DNA of 64,000 bases from Camelus ferus. Lineage: Eukaryota. Each line of letters begins with the position of its first letter. The stretch's first letter is position 1. The notes under the pieces are model-generated. The model worked only from the letters and a program-made list of their open reading frames with translations, did no database searches and was not told the DNA's origin. A program made the position numbers and the translations under genes. The stretch covers positions 116,252,001-116,316,000 of the forward strand of contig NC_045697.1 in assembly GCF_009834535.1 (NCBI RefSeq), read 5' to 3'. Below are positions 12,421-24,382 of this stretch, piece by piece.

Positions 12421-14669
12421 GGCGGGTGGGGGCAGGGGGCCCGGGGACGGTGCGGCGAGGCGGGGGGCGCGCGAGGCCGCGCAGCCCCGGCCCCAAGGCC
12501 GAGGGTCCCAGCAGCGCCCGGCGCTCCCCGCTTCCTCTGCGCCGCTCAGCCGGGCAAGCGCCCTCCGGGCTCGGGCTCGACACGCCTCCCCGGCTCCCCT
12601 CGGGGCAGGCGGCGGCTCCTCCCGGCCCCGGCGGGCCTGAGCTATTTTTAGGGAGCTTCGAGCGACGGAGAGGGGGAGGCTGCGGGCGCTCGGGCCTCCT
12701 TGCCCTCTTCTCGGGGCTCCGGGCGGTACTCGGGCGCCTCGGCCGCCGTCGGAGGACGCTCAGGTCCGGGCGCTGCCCAGCCGCGGGGCCTCGGCCGCCG
12801 TCCGCGCCGCGCCGGTGCTCCGTCTACTGCGCTCCGCCGCGCCGCCCGACTGCTGCTGCATCCCCGCGGGCCGCCCCGCCGCCGCTCCGACCGCTGCCGT
12901 GCGCCCCGCCGCCGCCTCCCGCCATGGGCACGCTCGGAGCGGCCAGCGCGCCGCCGGGCTGCGCCCGCAGCCCGGTCGCTCTCGGCAACTTTGTTCCCGG
13001 TCTGCGCGGGGCGTGGGAGGGAAGGGGCCGCGGGCGGCCGGCTCCGGACTCCCAGCAGCGGGCGTCGCGCACAGCCCCCCGGAGAGTGTTTGGGAAGCGG
13101 CGACTCCCCTCCTCTTCCCCGCCTCTTCCTCCTCCTGCGCCTCGGCGGCCGCCCCGCCGCTCCTCAGGGAGGAAGCGGCCTCCGGGGCCGGTCGCTTTGT
13201 GCTGCAACCATGGTGAAGGGTGAGTGACAGGCCAGCGGCCAGTCGGCGCGCGCCGCGTCGGCGGGGGCGGGGCGTCCCGGCGCCGGTCCCCACCCCCGGC
13301 GCACCCCCCCCCGCGCCCGCCCGCCCGCCCGCCCGCCGGCCGCGCCCCGGGCTCCGGGGCCGTACCTTCCGCGGCGGCGCCCAGGTGAGCCGCGAGCCAG
13401 GGCCGTCGAGGAGGGTTGCAGCGCCCCCGGCCGGAGCGGCTGGGGCCCCGCACCGCCTGGCCTGGAGGAGGCGGCATCCTGGCGCCCGGGCGGAAGGCGC
13501 AGGGCTCTCCGCTCCCCGCTCCCCACCCCTTCCCCAGCGCGCGCCGCGCCCCCTGCCCACAGCCCACGCCGGGCCCCGGGGGACCCTGCAGCGTCGCGTC
13601 GCCTCGCCTCGCCAGACTCCTCCTGGCGCCAGGCCTCGGCCGCTGGGTCTGCAAGTTGACCCGGAACAGAGGTCCGGCCCGCAGCTTGGGCCGCCCTGGG
13701 CATTCTTTTGGAACCCAGGGTGGGTCCTAAGATGCTTCAGAGGCGAGAAATCCTCTAAGGATGGATTTTGCCTATTTGTAACTTGCTGCAGGGAAAACAT
13801 TCCTCTCCTGCGTTCCGTGCACATCCGGCACCTCCAGACACTTAAATGAGCACGAAACGAAGGAGATGGAAACGTGCCAGTTTCAACACTAGACCAAATA
13901 CCACCTTTGGACAGGCAGATAGTCCAGATTTAAAGGTGGTCGGTCTTCTGCGCGAGACCTGGACAGCAAGTTTTGTGACATCATCAGAAACACTGGCAGA
14001 TGTGGTTTCGCGTTGGGCATAACAAACCTCCAGACCCCACATCCAAGCTGGACTCACGTGGTGCGGGGAACGCTGGGACGTAGCCCTTTAAAATGTCACC
14101 GCTCCTCCCACTCCCTCTCTGAGCCAGGTCGAGGTGTGTAAGGACAGCCAAGCAGCGGGAACCGCTCTTGTGTTCTGGTCCTAGGGGCTTACTTTTATCT
14201 GCTTCCCCTTGCCCCATCTCCAACAACTTCATGTTTGTTGTCTGTATCCAGCCATACTTAGGGGAGGATTGTTACTTGTATGACCTACTACGTGGAACTT
14301 TTTTCAAATTTCCGAACATACTTTTTCAACATCTAGTTTGGTTTAAACACTTGGGATAGGTTATGAACAATGATTTTACAGTCTGCAAATCACCTGTATT
14401 AAACAAAGTGTGTGGCTTCCACAAGACAGGACTGTCCCTGCCCGAACTTGTGAAACTGAATCTGAGTTACAGATTGTATCTCTAGAACCTTTCTATTACC
14501 CTTGCTCATACTGCTTCCCAGTATTTCTCTTGCACCCTTTAGCTGAGGCCCAGCATCAAATTCTTGATAGCGTAGACCATCACCTTGAAAGCAAAGGAAC
14601 ATGGGTATCATTACAGCTCTGCATAGAGAGAGAAGGAAAATCAAATCCAACGAAGTGAGAAAATATACC

Positions 14670-15610
14670 TGACATCTCCGTCTGGTGTCTGGTAAACACC
14701 TCAGAATTAACATGTGCAGACCAGGCTCCAGATCTCCTGCCCCAAACGTGTGCCACACACAGCCTTCCCCATTCAAATAAATGTCATCTACACCTCATCA
14801 CCCCTTGACCAAGTGAAAAACCTTGGCATCTTTTCTTGGCTCTTTCTTGTCTCTCACACCCCACAAGTTTTCAGTAAATTTGTCAGCTCAACCTTTAAAG
14901 TACCATAGCTGGAATCTAACCTCTGACCACCACCTCTACTGCCATGACCCTGGTCCAAGTGGGCATCCTCTTTTGCTTGCACTTTGCAATAACCACCTCC
15001 CTGGCCTCCCTCTTCCTGCCCTTGACTCCAGTGGTCTACTTGGAACACAGCAGCCACAGTGAGTCTTTTCTCTCCAGCTGAAGTTACTCCTGTGCTTTAA
15101 AAAAAAAAAAAAAATCCATTTGCTCTCCCATTTCGTTGAAGGTAAAAGCCCAGGTCCTGATCATGGCCTAGAAGACCTATAGACCCGGTCCTCCCCGCAC
15201 ACCCCACCTCTTGATCTCTCTGACCTCATCTCCTCCTTCTCTACTCCCTACTCATTTTCTGGGCCACACTGGCCTCCTTGCTGCTTCTGGAATAAGGAAG
15301 TAAACCCCAGTCTCATGGCCTTTCCCTCTGCAGTTCCTCTGCCAGCCCACCAAAAACCAAACCAAAACAAAACCCAGAATGTTGTTCCCTCCCCTCCTTC
15401 TATCTTGATTCAAACATCACTTTCCCTGTGACTCCACTCACCCTGGTTCTCCTTGTTTTCCTCATCACCATCTAACATAATAAAATAAATTTTTTACTTA
15501 TTTATTTCTTGTTTGTTTCCCTTCACTATAATGTGAGCTTCTGAAGTCATTAGTCTTTGTTCCTTTTGTTCATTGCTACATCCCCCAAGGTGCTGTAAAT
15601 GAATGGATGA
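14670..15610 (+). mobile_element. L2 element (3' portion)
   Basis: GACATCTCC...CACCTCAGAATTAACATGT; GCCACACTGGCCTCCTTGCTG; ends in a TAAATGAATGGATGA L2-like tail. Confidence 0.8.
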
Positions 15611-15699
15611 CTCCAGCATTCCCTTGTGTGTGCATGAGACTGTTACGTCTTCTTACTTCTGCCCCTGATGGGGGAGGGGAGGCAAGGAGAGAAACAACC

Positions 15700-15960
15700 T
15701 TTCCGAGCCTGTTTTCTGTTCTTTAAAAAGCAGAGAAAAATTGCATGCCCTGAAGATGTGTGAGGATCAGATACAGTGTGCACAAAGTGTCTTGCACAGT
15801 GTTGGAACCGTAGTGTGTGCTCAGCAAATGGGAGTTATTTTTAAGATCGTTCTCATCATCCCAACCCTTTGAGGTTAATGGAACAGTTACTATCATCCTG
15901 TTTACAGATGAGGAGACTTGAGACTAAAATAGGCTACCTGACTTGCCCTAGTTCCAAGCC
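15700..15960. mobile_element. Two opposing MIR fragments
   Basis: TGTGAGGATCAGATA...TGCTCAGCAAATG (+) and TATCATCCTGTTTACAGATGAGGAGACTTGAG (-). Confidence 0.65.
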
Positions 15961-17164
15961 TGCCTTGCAGTTTGGAAGGGTCTGGGGCAAGCCGTCGTAG
16001 AACCCATCATAAATTATTGAAACTAGAAATGAACTAGAACACGGTGCTGCAGGAGGAACTGCTTGCTTCTGGTGTGAAACTCACACCCCATTTTCTTCCC
16101 ATCTCCAATCCAATCCTTACCAGAAAAAGGCTCCCACACTTGAGGACACCCCAGCCCGAGCATCCAAACTACATCATACCCCTCACAAGAGCCATCCCCT
16201 GCTGATTCCTCCAACCATGTTCCAGCTTTGGATGGTCAGGCCTGGAAGTGGCAAGGTAGTAAGTTCCAGGGTCCAGGGTGTTCAGAGAGCATGAAACTCC
16301 TTGTCCCAAGGGGAGGGTGAAGTCAGAGCCAGGCCCTCCAGAGCCTGGGCAGCAGGCAGGCATTCCTCACCCAGACATTCCAGCCAGAACATTGTGAATT
16401 GCACATGCAAACCCAGCTCTTTATTTATTTTTTTTCTTTCTGAATGCCCTTCTGTGATACTGAATCGCACCAGTGACCTCAGGTGAGGGGTAATAACAAT
16501 GTCTTATCCACCAACAGAATGACTCACTCCCTGTCAATTGCTAAGCTATCATTTAATTTCAATTAAAGTCAATTTTGCCACTGTTTATAATCTACTTATC
16601 TAAGTATGTCAGTAATGCTTATCACCGTTCAGTATCTAGGACACCTGATACCTGGCACGCATTGCTGTTTTATTAACATTTGACCATGAACATTTTGCTG
16701 TGTGTACCACGGACGATGGAATTAGACACAGATCTGCCAGCTTGCTGATTCGTCTAAACCAAACTGTGTGCATCAACCATAATCAAAGGAAGCCATCTAT
16801 TGTGCTGCCTTATAAAGACAGGTATGAAAATGAGAGTTTCCTTGCACCGAATTATCTAGAAAATCATTAGGGGGTAGAAAGAGAGACAGAACACTGGGTG
16901 TTAAGTCTAGAAATTCAGTTCAAGTTCTGCCCTTAATACCATCCTACCTGTAACTTTAAAAAGCCTTGATGATTCCAACAGTAAAATCGAATACATCTCT
17001 AAATATATCATGGAGGCTAGGTGTTTAGGGTCATCTTTTAAAGTGAATAAAATAACTTTCAAAAATTCTTAGGGGTCCAGCTATGGCATAAGGTTAGCAA
17101 GTGATACCTCTATATCTATTTATAGAAAGTCACTTTGTTCCAAAAAACACATGAACGTCTACTG

Positions 17165-17280
17165 TTCAATCAGAATAAATATTTATTGGGCGCTCTGTGC
17201 CAGGTACTGATCTCTGTGCTTCAAGTACCAATGATGGCTAAGACAAACGTGGTCCCTTTCCCAGCCTTGTGGGAGCTTGC
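17165..17280 (-). mobile_element. L2 3' end
   Basis: AAATATTTATTGGGCGCTCTGTGCCAGGTACTG...GGTCCCT...GGAGCTT. Confidence 0.7.
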
Positions 17281-19699
17281 TCTGTGTGCCAGGCACTTGC
17301 CTAATTTACTCACCTCACCTAGGAGAATGCCCGGATCCAGGAAGCTGCCCACTTCTGCTAAGACAAGGACTCCTCTGGTTACCATTTTCTCCAGTTGTTA
17401 TAACCATCCGAAGGCAAGGTTTAGAGCTGAGAGAGGTTGAATTCTATTAAAGATATTCCACATAAACACCTGCCTCCCCCACACCCAGCAAACAATTTTT
17501 GTTTACATTGTCTGGCAGTTACTTAAATCTCAGGAGTCTGGAGATTGTAGCTTCGACACTGTATATCAGTTTCACTGAGCTCACTCCACTAGGAAACATT
17601 GTATCTACCTGCATATAGCATTCCGGAGAGTCCCTGGTGGAGACTCCAGTTACTGAGTCCAGGGAGAAATACAGTGAGTTCATAGGAGAGAGCTCACGAA
17701 ACAAGTTAGAGAGAAACTACCAAAAGCACAATTAGACTCAGACTGTTACGTCTGATTGGATAGGAATCACCATGAGTTCAGAGTTGAGGATGGTATCACA
17801 TGAGTAAGAACGACCCTACTGGTGATGTCGTGTAGATGTTCAGATATTTTGGAACTGATTCTATAAGAAGAAACCATTTTTGCCCTAATTTATCAATATT
17901 ATGACCTTGGTTCTGCCTTGGACACAGAATTAAATAAAAATATAAATAGAGGATATTCAAGCTCACAAATAAAACTGTTCTCCTCACTTACAGGATTGTG
18001 TTCCTCACATTGACATAACCACTTTCTTCCGTTGGTTTGTCTGCATTTGAAATATTCGGCCAGTGGGAGAGCACAGCCTTCTTTATTTCCAGCTTGTGAG
18101 AAAGCTGGTGCTGGCGTCTCTGAAAGGAAATGCGTTGTTAAACTTTTGATCCACCGTCAATTCCTTCTATTGTTGCCCAGTGTTTGGCATTTATCTTTAT
18201 GAATTGCCCTAAGGAACTGTAGTCCAAAATCAGTCTGTCAATTTTAAGGAAACCTCTAAAGGGTTTACATAAAATATGCAGATAAGGGGTTTTCTTTAAG
18301 CCGAAAAATAGGTAAAATGAAGGACTGTATTTCAAAACCTAACACTGTCAATGCAACCACACCCTCAATGAGTACTTAATGCGGGGATTTTAAAAGCCCA
18401 TACTGGATATCTTGAATGCTTAAATTAAACATGCCAAGAGAGGAGAAAAAAAAACAAAAAAACCTTCCATTGCAAACATGCAAAGTTAACACAGTGAGAT
18501 AATTTTGTCATAAGGGAACATTGTATAAAGTTGTATCTGGGCTTCTCCAGTTATGTTAAGGTGATTACATACAACTGAAATTACATCTACTAGCAAACTG
18601 GTACCCAGTGCAGAATTTGTAAATGTCTTCCAATGAAGAAGAGCCGTTCCAATCATTGCTAGCTCTGGTCCCCAACTGATATTCAAGGGTAAAGTAATTG
18701 TGCTATTACACAGCTGTCTGTAGAGGAAGGTCAACATCAGACAAGGTCATCAGAGCAAAAAAAAAAAAAAAAAAAAAAAAAAGCAGTATTCTTGACCAGC
18801 TGTGACTTTTTAAATGCCAATACTAATAATCATTCAGAAGTCATGATTATTTAATATTCATTAAACCCAAGCCTAGTGCTAGGCATCGTGTGTACATAAA
18901 CGAAGTGACTGTGCGCTGAGCTGACAAATCTAAATTGAGCAAAGGAAGTGAAGGGCAAACAAGGGCGTGGGAAACAGGCACTGAGGGCCTGTTTATAAAG
19001 GGAGGCTATCTCATTGTATCTTGTATTATTTTGCAACACAAAAATCTAAAGCAGAGCAGTCAGGAAGAAAGACACACTGCCTTTTGGGGGTTGAAGGAGG
19101 AAACCTTCAATAGGAAATGGCAGATGGGCACGTCAGAGACCTCAGAGAGGAAAGCACAAGTAAATGGTGAAAAGAGGGAACCTCTGGACGTCGGCTGAGA
19201 TCTGATGTGAGAACCAGGTAAAGATGATACATGAGACGTGACTCAGAACCTTCCGACCCCTTGGGAGACACACCACAGAGGTCCTGGCCATCTTCAGCAG
19301 TGCTCTTCTTATGCGAATATTGTACTCATCACATAAGATACCCAGGACCAGTGGTAAGTGCTGGTAAGACATTTAAAACAGAGGTCAGTCCCACCTTATG
19401 CTTACCTCATCTACAAGGAATGAACCTGTGGCATCATAGCTGTCTATAAGAATCCAGAGATAATTAAATCAGGATAAAGACCAGCATAAACCCACAGAAC
19501 TCCACCCCAACCTGGTCAGATGCTTCAGAGACAGATCTGTTGACACAGGAGACAGCATAGAAATAATTAGACTAAGAATTTTATCATGTCGCCGAAGGGG
19601 GAAAAATGTCGTTTTTTTCCCCCAGTGGAGTCAATAAACAAGGCTTTACATGGGTACAGTGGAATATATAAGTAATATAGTGGGAAAACCTTGGAATCT

Positions 19700-19815
19700 A
19701 ATATCATACAACTTTGAATTTGAAAGCCTTTTCTGATAGACGTGAGCTTTGCGACCTGGAAGAAAGCTCTTAACCTCTCTGAACTTTAGTTTCTACCTTT
19801 GTAAAATGTAGTGAG
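19700..19815 (+). mobile_element. MIR fragment
   Basis: CTTAACCTCTCTGAACTTTAGTTTCTACCTTTGTAAAATG core. Confidence 0.6.
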
Positions 19816-20484
19816 AAATAGCTTCCTTGCTAGCTTACTATGACAATGACTCAAAATGGGATTTATAAAAGAAAATAATCTTACTCATCTCACCCCTCCC
19901 TTAAAAGGAATAGCGTTAGTCAAAGAATATATGGCCCTTCCAATTTCTAGGAAAGAATGATGTTAGTTTAAAAATAAATTGACCTGCCTGATTGACTTTA
20001 TATGCAGAACTTTGACCTTAGAGAGGGTTCTTTTACTTAGTTTATGTCAGTAAATAAACTTTAATTACTTATTGTAAGTAGCCCAGAGCCTTAAAAGTAA
20101 ATAAGGTTTTATCTGGGCCAGTGGCTCCTAGCTGGGGATGATCAGCATTTGCTCAAGGCTAAGAGTGTGACAGAGCTAGATGGGGTGGGTCTTCGCCACA
20201 AAGCCTCCGGGGCTCCACAGGGCAGAACCAGAGCTGTGTGTCAGGGGTAGGAAGGCAAGATATGGTGTTCCTGACCACTTCTCTTGCTTTGCTTCAGAAA
20301 GAAATTGTGAGTCCCTGGTGATATGTACTCACAATTGTCATACTTCATTTGGGGAATGCTTGAAACACATATCAAAAATCGTAAGCAGACATGGTTTCTC
20401 AACAAAGAGCTTTTAGCAGGAAATGTCAGACGTTATATATTCTTTCTTCTGTGCAGTTCATCTTCTTTTTTGTCCTTATATATT

Positions 20485-21022
20485 TTTAAATTTATTTTAT
20501 TTTATTTAGATTCCAAATATAAGCAATATCATATGGGATTTTCCTTTCTCTTTCCAGCCCACTTCACTTAGAATGATGATCTCCAGGTCCATCCATGTTT
20601 CTGCAAATGGCATTATTTTATTCTTTTTTATGGCTGAGTAGTATTCCATTGTATATATGTACTACATCTGCTTTATATAGTCATCTGTTGATGGACATTT
20701 GGGTTGTTTCCATGTCTTGGCTATTGTAAATAGTGCTGAACATTGAGGTGCATGTGCATTTTTGAATTTTATTTTTCTCCAGGTATATGCCCAGGAATGG
20801 GATTGCTGGATCACAAGGTAAGTCTATTTTTAGTTTTTTAAGGAACTGTCCTCCATACTGTCCTCCACAGTGGCTACACCAATGTACACTCCCACCAGCA
20901 GTGTAGGAGGGCTCCCTTTTCTCCACAGCCTCTCCAGCATTTATCATTTGTGGACTTTTGAATGATGGCCATTCTGGCTGGTGTGGGTGATACCTCACTG
21001 TAGTTTTGATCTGCATTTCTCT
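20485..21022 (-). mobile_element. L1 fragment (ORF2 C-terminal region)
   Basis: Minus-strand translation REMQIKTTVRYH...[16 protein letters not shown]...[21 protein letters not shown] is typical of L1 ORF2p C-terminus. Confidence 0.93.
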
Positions 21023-21214
21023 TGTGCAGTTTATCTTTGGAAGGGGTACCAAGTCCCAGGTGTATATGGTGCCAGAAAAATGATCACAGGCAGTGAATCC
21101 CATCTTTTCTTATGAAGACCAATAGGCATTATCTAACAATGCCAGGATTCTCAAAAACCAGTTTTTTCCCAAGGCATTCCCCAAACAGGGTCCTGGCAAT
21201 TCATTTATGTAACT

Positions 21215-21420
21215 CATAGCAATAGCCAACAGGTATTTGGGTGCTCACCATGCCAAGGCCTGTTCCACATCCTCTGGATGTACCATGCTAATTAATCTTC
21301 CAACAACCCTAGGAGGTGGGTTCTGTTACCATACACATTTTATAATTAGGGGAAACTGAGACTCAGTGAGTCCCAGAGCCAGGATCTAAACACATGCTCT
21401 CTGGTGCCAAAGTCTACGTG
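21215..21420 (-). mobile_element. MIR
   Basis: TTAATCTTCCAACAACCCTAGGAGGTGGG...CATTTTATAA...GGAAACTGAGACTCAG. Confidence 0.7.
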
Positions 21421-21589
21421 TCCAGCCTTCACTGTGGGTTTCTCAGGTCTTCCTTGGCTTATTTCTTAAACTCAGAACAAGTGCCAGAATTAACCACTTG
21501 ATGTAAGTAATTAAGTTGGCTCAGTCCTTAGCCCTGTTTTCTTCTCTGTCTTCTGTCCCTGAGAAATGTGACATTCATGAAACATGTGA

Positions 21590-22430
21590 TTATACTAAAC
21601 CTGAATTCCAGCTCGGACAATACCCTAGACCTCCAGGCTTGCCCCCAGGACATCTGCACATAGATGTATACAGATGCCTCAAAACTGACAAGTCCAACAG
21701 AAATAAAGGGCTTAGGGATACACACCAGAGTGGCATCCGATACAAGGAATCAAAAATGTCTAAAGTGAGGAGGAATACCATGTTCATAAATAAGAAAACT
21801 CAGTATTAAGATGGCAATGTTTCCAAATATATTTTATTGAATCACTGCAATCCCAATCAAAATCTCAGCCAGTTTTTTGTAGGTATTGACAATCTGATTC
21901 CAAAGTTTATATAGAAAAGCAAAACACTTCTGATTAAAAAAAAAAAGACCAAAGTTGAAGGGCTTACATTATCCAATTTCAAGACTTACTATAAAGCCAC
22001 ATTCATCAAGACAGTGTGATATCAGCAGAGGATTAAAACACAGACCCACAGAACAGAATAGAAAGGCCAGAAATAGACCTGCAAAAAAAAAAAAAAATCA
22101 ACTGATTTTTGACAAAGGGGAAAAGATAATTCAATGAAGAAAGGAGTCTTTTCAACAAATGGTGCTGGAACAATTTGACATCCACGTGCAAAATCGACAT
22201 GTTCAAATTTGAGCTCCACATCTTTCTTCCAAAATCTCTCTCGAAGTACGCCCTTGTCTTGGAGAACAACGCTACCATCCACCCAGTTGCTCAGGCAAAA
22301 CCAGGAGTCATCTTTGACTCACTCTCAGTCCCTGAGTTCAATTCTTAAAATTACGCTGAATCACAAGCCAGTCCTCCCTTCCACCTCTGCTGCCCTTGAC
22401 CTAGTCCAGGCACTCATTCCCTTGAAACTT
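21590..22430 (+). mobile_element. L2 fragment interrupted by the L1 at 21740-22190
   Basis: GACATCTGCACATAGATGT...CCTCAAAACTGACAAGTCC on the left; CCATCCACCCAGTTGCTCAGGCAAAACCAGGAGTCATCTTTGACTC on the right. Confidence 0.6.
21740..22190 (+). mobile_element. Older L1 ORF2 fragment nested in an L2
   Basis: L1 ORF2 motifs such as ACTTACTATAAAGCCAC...CAAGACAGTGTG and CTTTTCAACAAATGGTGCTGGAACAATTTGACATCCAC. Confidence 0.8.
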
Positions 22431-23599
22431 ATTCCCTGTCTCCCATCCCATCCCCACCAAAAAATACTTCCAAAGGAGCAGCATGGGAGTTTCAGAGTAT
22501 TCCCATGGAGGCAGCAGAGGAAACCATTGCTTCCCTGGCACCATTTGCAAAAGTGGTACCTACTCAAAATGTTTTAAGAGAACATGTTGGCATGATGCTT
22601 TATGATGATAATGAAAAGATATGACACTTAGTAATGTTGAAAGAAGTTGCACAGAGAGCACAGGCGAGGTTATAACCTCTTTATCCAGCCAGCTGCCCCC
22701 AGTCAAAGTCCAGGCTCCACCTTCTGGTGGGTCCCTGGCTAGAGCCTGGCTCTCACCCCTGGCTGGCTGCCCTCCTCTTAGACACTGCCTGGGCCTCTGC
22801 ACAGCATGATCTGTTAAAAAGGCAAATCTCTCATATAATCCCAAAGCTGAGGGCACTTCAGTGACTTTCCAACACTTATCCCTTGTACCTTATACAAAAG
22901 CCCTGTTTTCTGGCTCAAGTATGCCTGTCTAGCTTTCTCTTCCACCACTTTCCACCCACATAACTTCGGCTCCCATCATTCCTAAAATTGGATCTATGAG
23001 GATTTGCCAAACTCTCTCATTTCCTTAACATCTTGCAGATTCACCTCTTGGCCAGAAGTGTCTTTTCTGCAAGGGTCACCAGTGAAACCCCTACTCCCTG
23101 CTTCAGGACCTCCCTGAGCAGAGGTCTGTGGGCAGGTGATGTTATGCAATGAGGTGGAACGCAAGTCCACAACGCATGCGTCCTAACCTAGATTCTGTCT
23201 TGCTACATACCAGCTGCTTGTCCAGAGGCCACGCCCATGCCTCCTGGGAGCCTCAAGACCTATTTTAAATGGAGGCAGTGTTATCTAGGTAAAACAGGGA
23301 GGCACCTGGGGAGGGAGTTCATGGCAACAGCAAAAATGTTTTAGCCAGGCAGACTTCTCAAAATGTTTACCCAGGATTTGTACTGAAATGTCCAGGCACG
23401 TTCCCTGCGGCTAATCTGTGTTGACTCCTGCCAGGTCCACCCTCCTCAAACCCTCTGTGAGTTTTGTGTTTAGAACATGCCTGGTGTAGGACCACAATTA
23501 TTGTCCTTGTTGTTGCTTCCATTATTGTTTATTATTGTAGCGTTACCCCTCTCTCCCCTACCAGGTAGCTTAGGGTTCCTTCCTCCATGCTCCCAAAGC

Positions 23600-23785
23600 A
23601 GTTTATACATACCCTTATTCCAAGACTTTTTATATTATTCCCTGATCATGTGTCCAGTGTCTGCCTCCCCAGGTGACCCTGAACTCCTTGAGGACATGGC
23701 CCATGGATTTCGTGTGTGTTCTGGGCCTAACATGGGGCCTGGCACGGTGTAGGCGGTCACTAAGTTTTTAGTGACTGGATGAATA
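23600..23785 (+). mobile_element. L2 3' end
   Basis: CTCCTTGAGGACATGG...CCTGGCACGGTGTAGGCGGTCACTAAG...TGGATGAATA. Confidence 0.7.
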
Positions 23786-24304
23786 AAGGAAGAAACTGTA
23801 TTTTATTGATTGGGAGAGTGTAAGAAACACTGCTTTATTGATTCCTAGCACTTTCTGAGCTCCTAGAAAGCAGATGTTGTTAAAGAAATTCATCAAAAGG
23901 AACCAGTGAAGCTGGCTTTTAAAGGACGGAAATTTCTCGGAAAGTGGTCGGCATTTAGCCAGTGACTTCTAGGGATGATTAAACTCAGATTTTTGCGTGC
24001 TTGTGTATGTGTGTGTGCAGGCCTAAATCCACTTACCTATGCTGTGTGACTGAAAATGGTCTTTAAAACGTAGATTTCTTTGATGAATCTAATGAATCAA
24101 AGGTATAGCCCTCCAACTTTCCTACAGGCTGCAGAAAAAAACCCAGAATATTAGCTTCATGTAAGACTAACTATGTTTCTTTTGCTACTTGGCATTCTCG
24201 TTTTAATGATTATGTGTTTTTTTTGCCCCTACAGAAAAGTTGAAAAGACAGTATATATTTATTATGCCACATTTTGATCACATTTTGCATTCTATTTCTG
24301 TTCT

Positions 24305-24334
24305 TCTGTCTCTCTCCCTCTGTCACTCTCTCTG

Positions 24335-24370
<36 letters not shown>

Positions 24371-24382
24371 CACACACACACA
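24305..24382. repeat. Compound (CT)n(TA)n(CA)n microsatellite
   Basis: Direct reading. Confidence 0.9.

Larger units (their letters stand above)
11930..13700. promoter_or_regulatory. CpG island covering the RAPGEF2 promoter, 5' leader and first exon
   Basis: Very high GC and CpG density over ~1.8 kb. GC-box-like GGGGCGGGG at ~13265. Contains the RAPGEF2 start codon. Confidence 0.95.

Noticed and set aside
11550..13849. Many long overlapping ORFs (up to 354 aa) in the CpG island
   Set aside because: Low-complexity Ala/Gly/Pro/Arg translations in all frames, mostly non-ATG starts; expected from stop-codon scarcity at very high GC. Only 12174-12242 is recognisable.
20824..20833. Additional CTATTTTTAG MEF2-like motifs (also ~30513, ~51527)
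   Set aside because: Part of the shared L1 sequence in AT-rich context; not evidence of function.
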